Below are positions 10,895 through 21,539 of a DNA stretch of 33,622 bases, one piece after another. The position numbers and the translations under genes were made by a program. The DNA is taken from assembly GCA_012862495.1 (NCBI GenBank), contig BLSG01000314.1, positions 86,501 to 120,122 on the forward strand. Reading direction: 5' to 3'. The DNA comes from Thraustochytrium aureum (Eukaryota). The notes under the pieces are model-generated. The model was not told the DNA's origin and did not search any database. It worked only from the letters and a program-made list of their open reading frames with translations. The stretch's first letter is position 1; every line of letters starts with the position of its first letter.

Positions 10895-12867
10895 CTATGC
10901 CTCGGCCACTTCCGGAGCCCAGACCTTGACTGTGGCGTCCGCGGAGCAACTCGCGAGTACGGGGACGTGCACCCCTTGCTTGAAGTCGCACGCGTAGACT
11001 CGCCCAGTGTGACCGCGCAGCTTGCGGACGAGCTCTGACTCGGCGGGGCCTCGAAGGCTGAACACGTACACGCTCGTCGACGCACTTCCGGTCGCAAGAA
11101 GTGCTGTCGCCGCGCGCGGGCTCTCCGGGGCGGCCCCTGCTGCGCCGTCACCTGGCCCAGCGAACCGGGAAGCTGCGCGGCCGCTGCTCATCAAAAGCTG
11201 CGAGTGCCCCCCGGCAACCGGCAAGGAGGCCTGATCGCAGAAGAAGGAGCTCTTGATCGGCCAGTTCTTGTTCCGGTGACCCGTCAGCGAGTACGCGCAA
11301 GGCACGGGGCTAACCTCGGGGCTGGCGCTGCTGGTCGCAGGCGCGCCTTGCAGCGCGGCCAACGGCGTCGCTGGCCGCGAAAGCGCCGCCAAATCATACA
11401 CGCGGAGGATGTTGTCATAGCTGTTGACAGCCAAAAGCTTGCGGTGCTTGCCGTACGTCGAGGCCACGTGCGTGACTGGGCGGCCAGCCATCTCGTTCAG
11501 GAACGAGAGCTCGTTTACCACGGCGTTCGTGCGCAGGTCGAGCGTTCGGATCACGCCTCGCGAGTCGCCAGACACGAGCTGGTGGCCCGCGCCGGCCACG
11601 AGGTGCAACGCGTTGACCATCACGCCGTTTTGTCGCCCGAGCGGCGCGAGAGTGCTCACCGCGCTCGCCGCGCTACTGACGCGCGTGTCGATGCGCACAA
11701 CCGAGCCCTTGCTCGTCGCAGCCCAAACCACGTGGCCGGCGTCCGCGTCGACCTCGACCGCCTGCACAAGTCCATCCAAAGGGTAGGATTGCAGCAAGTG
11801 CCCGCGTAGACTCTGAAGCGCTGCTGACTTGGCCTCCAAGCGCGAGTCCTGGGGCACCGCCGCGGCAGGGGCCCGCTCGACCTGCCATACCCGCACTGTG
11901 CGGTCAAAACGAGCCGGAAACGATCCTCGCGCCGTCCCGCGACCACTTGAGGTCGGAGATCAGCTGCTCNNNNNNNNNNNNNNNNNNNNNNNNNNNNNNN
12001 NNNNNNNNNNNNNNNNNNNNNNNNNNNNNNNNNNNNNNNNNNNNNNNNNNNNNNNNNNNNNNNNNNNNNNNNNNNNNNNNNNNNNNNNNNNNNNNNNNNN
12101 NNNNNNNNNNNNNNNNNNNNNNNNNNNNNNNNNNNNNNNNNNNNNNNNNNNNNNNNNNNNNNNNNNNNNCCGCCGTCGTGCTGCATGCTGTCAAACTCTG
12201 ACGGGCTCGACTGGGCTCTGATCAGGGCGGGCCCGGCGTTGCCCACGCCCAGCTCAACGCGGTGAACCAGAACGCGGCGGTCGAACGATCCAGAGGCAAG
12301 GAGCGACCCGAACGGTGACCACTTGACGCAATAAACGGCGCCGTCGTGCGCCCCGAGGTCGGCGACGCACCGCATGGAGCGAAGCATCGGCGCCGCGCCC
12401 TCGGCGGACTTTGCCCCGGCAACGCCGCTCGTGGCGCCCCGTTGGCCCTGCTGCAAAAGGAACATGTCCAGCTCGCGGTCGGTGGCCTGGAGCGCGCGAG
12501 CGAACGTTTCGTTCCCAGGCGACACAGGCTGGCTCGGGTCGAACGTGCCCGAGCTTGGGTCGCGCGAGGGCCCAGGCTGGGTGCCCAACGCCCCGCTCGC
12601 AGTTGCGCTCCCGCTGGTCTGCGCAGAGCCTGCCACGTCGCCCGAACGTTGCTGCTCCGCGGCCAAGCCAGCGTTGTCGCCCGGCGACGCAAGCACAGGC
12701 GGCGGAGGGTCGGCGCTGTAGCTCGTGTTGTTGCGAGCCTTGGCGATCAGCCACTGGAGCTGGCCAAGCCTGCTCGACAGCTCAAACACAGACCTCTTAA
12801 GCTCTCTGTTTTCCTTCTCCAGCGCGTCGACGCGGGCCTTGAGCTCGGCATTCTCCACGTTGTTCAT
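10895..12867 (-). CDS. WD40-repeat protein with N-terminal coiled coil; gap 11970-12169 and a +1 frame break at about 11906
   Basis: AHDGAVYCVKWSPFGSLLASGSFD, IVSGSF/DRTVRVW, LVSGDSRGVIRTLD, NSYDNILRVYD, GHTGRVYACDF...LASCSADATVKVW; N-terminal heptads ELKARVDALEKENRELKRSVFELS. Confidence 0.9.
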
Positions 12868-13580
12868 GCCGCCGGCCCCGCCGTGCCTGCCGGGCGACCC
12901 GCACCAGGACGCGCCCGCGTCGCCCTTTTCCGCGGCCGGCGGCGCAGGACCGCAAGCGGCGGCCCGGGCACACTCGCTTGTCCAGCTGGCCTCCGCCGCA
13001 GCGTCGCAAGGCCGGACGGCGTTGGGATCTGGTCCATTCGGTCTTCAGATGCAGACGCAGTGCGCTCGTGAAGTGAGTGAGCGATCTCGGCGCCCAGATG
13101 GATGACGGACACCTGGACGGATGGAAGGAAGGCGCGACCCGCAAGGTCCCTACCGCCCACTCTTCGCGCATCTGCATCTGTGACTGCAGATGCGCGAACG
13201 CCAGCGAGGCGTTGCGCCGGATCGGCCAGCTCGGCGGGAAGGGAGGGCATGGAGAGGAAGGCCCGAGTCGCGGGGCGTTCTGACCGGCGCTGACGTGCCA
13301 GGAGCGCGAGGTCGAAACAACGCGGAAGCTCTGGCGCGCAGGGCTTGCGTCAGAGCCGCTCGCCCGACATCCTTACAACTGTAAACAGGATGTTCACGGC
13401 CTCTGGAAGGGTTTGGTTTGGGTATTTACTATACTATTACTGCTTTGAGTGGAGTGCGGCCGCCGTCGAGCTGTGCATCGTTGGTCCGCGACGCAGAATG
13501 TCCAGCGCGATACGGAGCAGGCCCGCCCTCTCTGCTGTCTGTGCGTTGCTGATTGATTTGGTTTCCGACTCGAGCTCGAG

Positions 13581-14857
13581 CTAGTTGGAGCTGTTGCTTG
13601 TCCAGCTGAACCAGGATGACTTGGAGGCGCGCCGCGCCGCATCGTCCGGCTTCGGGGCCGCCACGGGGGCTTGCGCGGCCGAGACGTTGGAGGCGTTCAC
13701 GTTCTCTGTTGCAGTGCCGCCGGCCGCACCAGGAACGGAAGGACGGCCGACGAAAGTCTTGGACGCCGCGCGTTTGGAAACCTGCTGGCGCGTCCGGAAA
13801 GCCGACGCGTCCGTGTCAGCCGCCTTGGAGGAACGCTCGTAGGTGTACTCGTACGTGTTGTTGCGATGCATCTTCTCCCCGCTGGTCCTCCACAACATGG
13901 AGCTTGACATCCCGGCTGCGCTGCCCATCAAATCCGAGTCGAGGCAAAGTAGCATGCTGTTTTGGTGGAGCATCTCCGATTGCTTTCGCATTTTGGTGAC
14001 GTTCTCCCGCGCTCGGAACAAGATTTGCTGCCCTTCCTTGAGGCGGCCAGCGTCGGCCTCCAGCTTGGCGGCCTCCATCGACTTGGCCGCTTCGTAGCGC
14101 AGCTCCTGCAAGACGACTTGGTCGTCGCACGAGTCGGTCATCTCCTTGTCGGTGACTTGCCCGGGGCGCTCCACGAAGACCATGATGCTCGCCTCGCTCA
14201 GGGTGAAAGAGCCGCAGTCGACAAACCTGACGTGCGCGATGGCGACAGGCGCTTTCTCCCCGCTGACCAAGCTGGCCGTCAGCGCCGGCAAAGACGCTTT
14301 GATGAGAACGTTCTTCTTCTCGCCGCGCACAATGTCGGGGATCTCGATCTCAAACCCGCCCTGCACCGGCCGCGAGACGAATTTCGTCATNNNNNNNNNN
14401 NNNNNNNNNNNNNNNNNNNNNNNNNNNNNNNNNNNNNNNNNNNNNNNNNNNNNNNNNNNNNNNNNNNNNNNNNNNNNNNNNNNNNNNNNNNNNNNNNNNN
14501 NNNNNNNNNNNNNNNNNNNNNNNNNNNNNNNNNNNNNNNNNNNNNNNNNNNNNNNNNNNNNNNNNNNNNNNNNNNNNNNNNNNNNNNNNNNNNNNNNNNN
14601 NNNNNNNNNNNNNNNNNNNNNNNNNNNNNNNNNNNNNNNNNNNNNNNNNNNNNNNNNNNNNNNNNNNNNNNNNNNNNNNNNNNNNNNNNNNNNNNNNNNN
14701 NNNNNNNNNNNNNNNNNNNNNNNNNNNNNNNNNNNNNNNNNNNTTCGTTGCCGGCCTCCTCAACGCCTTCAATGGTGACGAGCAGCGTCGTGTCGGCTGC
14801 CTTGTCGAACTGGACCTTGGGGTGCTTGGCGGCCCCGCTGACGGCAAGGCTCGACAT
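13581..14857 (-). CDS. Probable vWA-domain protein with Vwaint-like C-terminal region; the vWA core is presumed to lie in gap 14391-14743
   Basis: N-terminal piece TLLVTIEG before the gap. After it, IEIPDIVRGEKKNVLI...V.RP...V..QELRYEAAKSMEAAKLEADAGRLKEGQQIL resembles the region downstream of vWA in vWA-Vwaint proteins. The MIDAS motif is not visible. Confidence 0.65.
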
Positions 14858-15639
14858 TTTCCTCGCTTTGTCGCTTGCTGCTCCTCGCTGCGCGTTGCTG
14901 CTCGTCGTCGCTTTGCGGCGCTGTGCAATGCTTTGCTTGCTGTCTTCCAAGCTCGGTCTGTTGCTTGTTGTCTCGAAAGTGTCGGGTCGATCGGGGTCTG
15001 CCGCATCGCATCGCTCTTGCTACCGATCCCTCGTTTGCAGGACAGGCGGCGAGCAGCGTTCCGGCGCATCATCGGCCTTGGACAACATTTGGGGACAAGC
15101 GGCACTTTCCCCGCGTCCCCGCCCCAAGGCGGCCCCGCTACCAACCACAAGGGGCAGCGCCGCTGGTGCTCGATTCTTGGCCTGTTCCGCAGCGCAACCC
15201 ACCGACGTGGTGGAGAACTGGTGAGCGGAGCGCGCTCCTGGCGTCCCATTCGACAAGGCCGAACGAACTCCGGAGTCCGGACCCGCGTTCGTGACCGTGA
15301 CTGGTCAGCGAGTGGCAGACTTGGGAGCCCTGCTCGCGAACGAGTCAGGCCAACTCCTCACGACCGTACTCGAGATCCTCGGCACACCAGTGGCCTCCTC
15401 ATGGGACAGACGCTGGAGTGGAGCGAGCGACCACACGGGTTTATTGCGTCTCGGAAGTTGCGCGCTCGTTTCGCAGAATGATGGTCCACGATGCACAAGA
15501 CTCAATCAAGAGTCACACTTCGTTGTTGTTTTTTCTTGATCAAGATTGAAATCAAGAAGTGCTTTTCGTTTGAGGCGCTCGGCAATGGCACATTGGCGTG
15601 CGTGCGGCCGCGAGCGGCCTGTCGGCGGAGGGACGCGAG

Positions 15640-17248
15640 ATGGCGGAGCTCGGGGCGCGAGTGGGCGCGCGCATAGCGCTTGGCGCCGACATCGGCACGA
15701 CTGGGGTGAAGGTTTGCGCCTTTCGGGTCGGCGGCGGTGGCGACGCGAACAACACGCTCCAACTCGCAGCGAGCGCGTACAGGCCGTATCGGACGCCGCG
15801 AAAGGACTTGGCCCCGCCACCCGGGTGGGTCGAGCAGGATGCGGAGGAGTGGATGCGCGCGCTGGGTGAGTGTTTAGGAGAGGTGCTGGGCGCGATCGAT
15901 CGCTCTTGCGTTGGCACGGTTTCGACACTTGCTTTGTCTGGCCAGATGCAGTGCGTCGCACTTGTCGATGGCGCGGGGTCGCCAACCTACCCAGCGATAC
16001 TCTACGCAGATGCGCGCGCCACTGCGGAGGCCGAGGCGATCGAGCAGCGCTGCGGCGGCGCTGCAGCAGTGGAGGCGCAGACGGGCAACTACAAGGGAGC
16101 AAGCTCGTGCCTGGCCAAACTGGCGTGGCTCGCCGAGCACCGCAGAAGCGCCTGCGCCGCATCGAAATACATCCTTCTCGGTGCGCACAGCTGGGCCTGC
16201 TTTCAGATCGCCGGCAAGGCGGTCTGCGACCCAACAACGGCGCAGACGACGAGCCTTCTAGAGGCACCGGGGACAGCGGACGCGGCGCCGCGCTGGGCAA
16301 CGTCCCTTCTGAGCGAGCTCGGCCTCGAGTGGGCTTGCGGCCGCCTCCCGACCCTAGAGCGCGCTAGTGAGTGCTCCGCTCAGGTGCAAGCCGCGAGGAT
16401 AGCCGCTCTCGCAGGCTCGCACTTTGCGTGCCTTGGCGAAACAGTGGACATCTTCCACGGCAGTGGCGACCTCGGCAGCACCGCGGCTGGCGCTGAGATG
16501 CTCGGCGTGGAGGGCCACCTGTATCTTGGCACGTCGGGCTGGGCAGCGCGCGCGACGCGCCAGGCGCAGGCGGCCAGCGATCGGCAGCCCGGCGTCTTTG
16601 ACGTCCTTCACCCCCGCCCTGGCTACGTGGTCCGGGCTGCGCCGACGCCGGCGGCTGGGGCCGCAGTCGAGTGGTTCCGGCGTCAACTCGGCGACACGGA
16701 GCCACTGTCGTGCATGGCCTTTGACGAACTTGCCTCCGCTTCGCCGCCAGGGGCGCGAGGTGTTCTGTTTGTGCCACATTTGCGCGGGGACATCGGCCGC
16801 CCAAGTGCACGAGGCTCTTTCCTCGGCCTTACGGTTGAATCGCGGCGCGAAGACATGGCTCGCGCTGTGCTGGAAGGCGTAGCGTTCCAGCTTCGGCAGC
16901 TTCGAGACCGCGTTTCGCCGGGACCCGGCCCGATCGGTCTCGTGGGCGGCGGCGCGCGCTCAACGCTGTGGCGTCAGATCATCGCGGACGTCTGCAACGT
17001 GCAGCTCGCAGTCTTGAGCGACGACCACGTCGACGTGACGTCTCTCGGCGCAGTCGTCCTCGCCGAGCGCCCGCCCTGCGGCCCCTCAGCTCAGTTGCGC
17101 CAGCACCCTCGTGCACCCTCGCAACTCTGTCGCCAGCGCCTACGCCCTCCTCTTCCGCGTCTGGCAGGCGTCTGCAGCAGCGCTGGCGGGCCCCATGGCG
17201 CAGCTGGCGCAAGTCCTGCCGCTCCTGGACCACACCGCTGCTCCCTAG
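15640..17248 (+). CDS. FGGY-family carbohydrate kinase (bacterial XylB/xylulokinase-like), with a frame break at about 17065-17095
   Basis: LGADIGTTGVK, GWVEQDAEEW, LSGQMQ, AILYADARA, GSGD, LYLGTSGW, GVLFVPHLRG, ARGSFLGL, RAVLEGVAFQLR, GGGARSTLWRQIIADV. A family-like C-terminus (VHPRNSVASAYALLFRVW...) lies in the +1 frame and ends at TAG 17246-17248. Confidence 0.88.
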
Positions 17249-17467
17249 CTAGAGCTCCAGGGAGCTGGAGCACGCACGGCAGCCAGCCGGCCAGCCTCGG
17301 CTCGCACGCACGCAGGCAGGCAGGCAGGCTCGCTGGCAGGCAGGCTGCCTGGCTGGCGTTCGAGGCATCCCGCCAGACTCCATCCCTGTCCTCGTGTGAC
17401 ACACACCCTCGAGTTCAGGACGAACGCTCCCAGCAGCAGCGGCCCAGCAGTCGCGCAACTCTCACGA

Positions 17468-17476
17468 GCAGGCAAG

Positions 17477-17520
<44 letters not shown>
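17468..17520. repeat. (GCAG)n microsatellite upstream of IST1
   Basis: About 13 GCAG units; shorter run at 17311-17345. Confidence 0.92.
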
Positions 17521-17622
17521 CGCGGAGCGGGACGGACGCGCTTCGGCCGCGCTCTGACGCGATCCAGCCGCGCCTGGTCGGCGGAGCAGGAGGAAAGGGC
17601 TGCAACTCGGCGCTGGGGCGAG

Positions 17623-18865
17623 ATGGCGAGCTTGTTCAAGAGGTACAAGGTGGACACGCTGCGGACGGCGCTCAAGATGAGCGTGCAGCGCGCGGCCCTG
17701 GTGCGCAACAAGAAGCAGATGGCGATCAACAAGTCGAAGAAGGAGGTTGGAAGCCTCCTGCGCGAAGGAAAGATCGAAAAGGCCCGCCTCATGACCGAGC
17801 AGGTGGTCCGAGACGACTTTAGCATCGAAAGCATCGACGTGCTGACGCTTATGGTCGACCTCTTGCTGCAACGGCTGGCGCTGCTTGACACGGAAAAGGA
17901 GTGCCCCTTCGACCTGCGCGAGGCGGTCTGCACCTTGATCTACGCCGCGAACCGCACGGAGATCAAGGAGCTGCAGCAAGTCAAGGAGCAGCTGACGCGC
18001 AAGTTTGGCAAGGAGTTTGCGGAGCGCGCGATGCGCGACCACCAGTCGTGCGTGAACGAGCGCGTCAAGACCAAGCTCTCCGCCCAGCCGCCCAACGCGT
18101 ACCTGGTCCTCAGCTACATGAAGGAGATCGCTGCCGAGTACAACGTCGACTGGCAGCCGGACGAGGTCACCGCCTCCGTCGGCGCGCGGTTTGACACGGC
18201 CATGGCGCCCCCAACCGGCGCCTCCATCGGTTCCGGTGCCGGCTCCGGCCTCGGAGCCAACGCCTACAGGTACACGGACGGGCGCATCCTCCCGCCTGGC
18301 CAATCGCCGAACAACCTCCCTTCTAGCCCAGGCAACGCGCCATTCGCGGACGTGGTGAAGCCAGGATTCGATTCTCGCGGCAAGGGCCCCGGTGGGGCTG
18401 GCGGGGCCGGCGGTTCTGGGTTTGACAGCTTTGACATTCCGTCTGCGCCNNNNNNNNNNNNNNNNNNNNNNNNNNNNNNNNNNNNNNNNNNNNNNNNNNN
18501 NNNNNNNNNNNNNNNNNNNNNNNNNNNNNNNNNNNNNNNNNNNNNNNNNNNNNNNNNNNNNNNNNNNNNNNNNNNNNNNNNNNNNTGGAGGAGCAGCGGG
18601 CGGCCGGGATGGCGGCAGCGGCGGAGACGGGGGCGACGGCAGCGGCGGGGACGGGGACTTTGACTTGGACAGTCTCCTACCGCAAGTCCCGAAAGGGAAC
18701 GTTGGCGCGCGCGGCAGCACATCTCGCAGCGGCGGGGGCGGGGGCGGCGCAGGTGGTGGCGCCGCTTTGTTCATGGACGACCCCAAGACGCATGGGACGG
18801 ACGACCCGGAGGTGCCGGACTTTGACGAGCTCACTGCGCGCTTCAACGCGCTGAAGAAGCCCTGA
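17623..18865 (+). CDS. IST1: IST1, ESCRT-III-associated regulator of Vps4; gap 18450-18585 in the Gly-rich linker
   Basis: LKMSVQR...NKK...LL.EGKIEKAR...EQVVRDD...ECPFDLREAV.TLIYAA.R.EIKEL...L..KFGKEF...VNERV..KLS...P; C-terminal MIM1-like DFDELTARFNALKKP*. Confidence 0.95.
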
Positions 18866-19273
18866 GCGCGCCTGGCCAAGCCGAGCGGAGCTCGCTGGGC
18901 AGGTCCCCTACGTAAACGTACTTTCTTTAGAAAGACCAAGACCAGGCAGCACGCTTGTAGAACCCCCCTCTCCTCCACGCGACGCGAGCGCAGCCTGAAG
19001 ACAGCCTCCTGCATCGGCGCGCACAACAACAGAGCTCGGCCGCAGGGCGCTCGCGCGGCCAACGGCGCTCGTGTCTTGAGCCGCCGGAATCCGAAGGTGC
19101 AAATCCCGAGACGCAAACATGGCTGCGTCTCGCTGGGCCCGCGGCAGCCGCAGACCGCGAACACAGCACCGGTAGCGAAGGCCTCTAGAGCTGCGACGGC
19201 GAGCCTTGTCGCGAGATCCGCGCAAGTCCGGAGCGGCGCAGCGTCCAGTTGAGGAGCAGAGTTGAGGAGCAGG

Positions 19274-19939
19274 ATGGCTGGCGTGGTTGCCGGGTTCCGG
19301 CAGCCCAGGGTCCTCTGCCTCGCCGGCAGCGCGCGCCCGGGAAGCTTCAATGCGAGCCTCGCCAGGCTGAGCGCGAAGGTGCTGGCAGCTAAAGGGGCCC
19401 AGGCAAGTTTGCTCGACTTGGCCGCGTTCGATCTGCCCCTGTTCTCAGAGGTCGTGGAGAAGGAGTCGCCGCCTCGCAAGCTGGGCGACCTCAAGCGCAT
19501 GTTCGAGGAGGCGGATGGCTTGCTCGTCGCCTCGCCAGAATACAACGGCTCGATGTCGCCCCTTCTCGTCAACGCGGTGACGTGGATATCGCGCGACCCG
19601 CAGGGAGCGCCAATGTACGCGTCCTTCAAGGGCAAGGTCGCTTGCGTGGTATCCGCTTCCCCTGGCGGGCTGGGAGGGCTCCGCGGCCTGTCGCACTGCC
19701 GTGAGCTCCTGACCAACCTGGGCACGACAGTCCTCCCGGAGCAAGTGGCCGTCGGCGGAGCCTTCAAAGCCTTCAGCGAAGACGGCGCACTCACGAACGA
19801 GGCGCAAGCGGCCATGCTCGACGCGGCTCTGACTCGGCTGTTTGAGGAGGCGCGCAACCGCGCCAACCAGGACGCAGTCTGCCAGCTCGTTTCGCAGCGA
19901 TACCAAGGCGACTATGGCGAGGTCGTCGCGCCCGCCTGA
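19274..19939 (+). CDS. NADPH-dependent FMN reductase (FMN_red; ChrR/YieF-like flavoprotein)
   Basis: LAGSARPGSFN, DLPLF, ADGLLVASPEYNGS, NAVTWISR, FKGK...SASPGGLGGLRG. Confidence 0.93.
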   Translation: MAGVVAGFRQPRVLCLAGSARPGSFNASLARLSAKVLAAKGAQASLLDLAAFDLPLFSEVVEKESPPRKLGDLKRMFEEADGLLVASPEYNGSMSPLLVNAVTWISRDPQGAPMYASFKGKVACVVSASPGGLGGLRGLSHCRELLTNLGTTVLPEQVAVGGAFKAFSEDGALTNEAQAAMLDAALTRLFEEARNRANQDAVCQLVSQRYQGDYGEVVAPA

Positions 19940-20613
19940 ATTGTAGAGTACTGAAAAAAGTAGATGCAAGCCAACCAAAGGAGCTACCTGCAACTCCGAT
20001 TCCTCCCCAGCAGCGCTTCCCGGTAGCGCGCGTCGGCCGCCGTGGCGCGCTGCCAGGCTAGGCGGCGCGTGGCAGCGAGCTCGCTCCGCGGACGAATCAA
20101 CGCGCGTTGGCTGTGCTCGGCATCGAAAACGTCCACGAGGCACTCGTGTCACCGAGTGATAGACTGGCGGCGACCTTCAACTTTCTCGTTGAACGAGATG
20201 GCGCTGCCGAATAGGCACAGTCGCTCCAAAAGGTGAGCGAGATGGCACTTCTAAGGCACTCGTAGTTGCTAGTAGCTACTTACACTGTCGCACCAACCGG
20301 GGCGCCACGCTGCGCCACTGATGCTGAGACGCATGACTCATGAGGCTCCTGTCCTGCTGGACGCTCTTGTCTGGATGGGCGACGAACAAGCATGCGATTC
20401 ATGAACCGGAAGGCGCATGTTACGAAAACCACAGAATTCAGAATTCAGAAATGAGACAGACTCGCACAGGACCTTGCAGTGCTCGAGTTGACCTGTGCCT
20501 CGCGAGCAGCGAGAGGCTGGTTGGGCACGCGCTGGACGAGGTCGAGCGGGCTTGCAGCAAGGCACGCCACGGTCGACAGAGACTCGCAGTTCGGCTTTGG
20601 TGGAGGTGCAAGA

Positions 20614-21398
20614 ATGGCCAAATCGCACAAGATGGGGCGCGTCCTCCTGTTTCTCGGGTCAACCCGGAACAGGGGCCCGCCTGAGCCTACGCGTCTCGGC
20701 GAACGGGTGGCGAAATATTTTCGGACCAGCCTGAGTTCTCGGGATGGCGCCAACGTGAAGCTGATCGACGCCATGGACATCGAGCAGACCGGGTTTCGAA
20801 ACTCACAGACTTTCAAAGCCCAGTTTACGTTTACCCCAAACAAAGGACCAGGTGCTATGCACGAACTCGCGAAGGAGATCGACGCAGCAGACGCGTTCGT
20901 GATGATTTCGCCAGAGTACAACCACTCTATGTCGCCGCAGCTCGCGGATTTGCTCAACCACTTCGGTTCAAGCCTGTACTCGTTCAAGCCCTCGCTGATC
21001 GTTACGTACTCGTCGGGCCAGTTTGGCGGAGCGCGCGCCGCTATTGCGATGCGGCCCTTCTTGTCCGAGCTTGGCTGCATCCCCGTGAGCGCCATGATAC
21101 ACATCCCGCACGCGCACCGCGTTCTGGATAGTGATGGCAAAATCCAGCCCAACGAAGACCCGAAGGCGTGGGCCAAGTTTTTCGAGCGAGGCATCAATCA
21201 GCTTGTAAGTGCTCGCTCGCTCGTCGTTTTGATTGGCGCGGACTGGTTTGCTTGGCTTGGCAGGGCAGGTGCGGCTGTGTTCCTGACTTTTTATCATCGC
21301 ATTTACGAAACTGCTGCGCTGAGCAGGAGTGGTGGTCAGCAGCTGCGCGAACACAAAGGCAGACAAAGGGCGTCCCTCCTTCGCCTTTTGTAAAGTAG
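20614..21398 (+). CDS. Second NADPH-dependent FMN reductase (different subfamily); exons 20614-21204 and 21327-21398
   Basis: FLGSTR...RLGERVA, ADAFVMISPEYNHS, FKPSLIVTYSSGQFGGARAA..MRPFLSELGC; the spliced end reads NQL|EWWSAAA. Alternative start at 20632. Confidence 0.92.
21205..21326 (+). other. Spliceosomal intron (122 nt) in the second FMN reductase
   Basis: Donor GTAAGT at 21205, CTGAC near 21284, acceptor AGCAG ending 21326; restores the family-typical QLEWW. Confidence 0.85.
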
Positions 21399-21539
21399 CC
21401 TTCTGAGCGGGACCCCCCGGCAAATCGAAGCTAGTTTTTTTCTCTTCGCGGCTTTTGAAATGCAAACAGAGTCAACTCCAGGGCCGGGTATTTTCTCGCG
21501 GGCTCCGCCACGGCGCCCGGTTCCGGGGCCGCTCTTGAC

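Noticed and set aside
15225..15539. Short ORF containing QLLTTVLEILGTPVASSW, faintly like a CMGC kinase LGTP segment
   Set aside because: No ATG, no other kinase motifs, lies in a divergent intergenic region
15533..15558. Inverted repeat TTCTTGAT...ATCAAGAA upstream of the FGGY kinase
   Set aside because: Only 8 bp in an AT-rich patch; no independent support
15598..18663. 1021-aa FGGY kinase-IST1 fusion ORF
   Set aside because: The linker is translated GCAG microsatellite; the kinase's natural end is in another frame (TAG 17248) and IST1 has its own ATG at 17623
17245..19866. 873-aa minus-strand ORF
   Set aside because: Antisense to IST1 and the FMN reductase, spans a gap, no motifs
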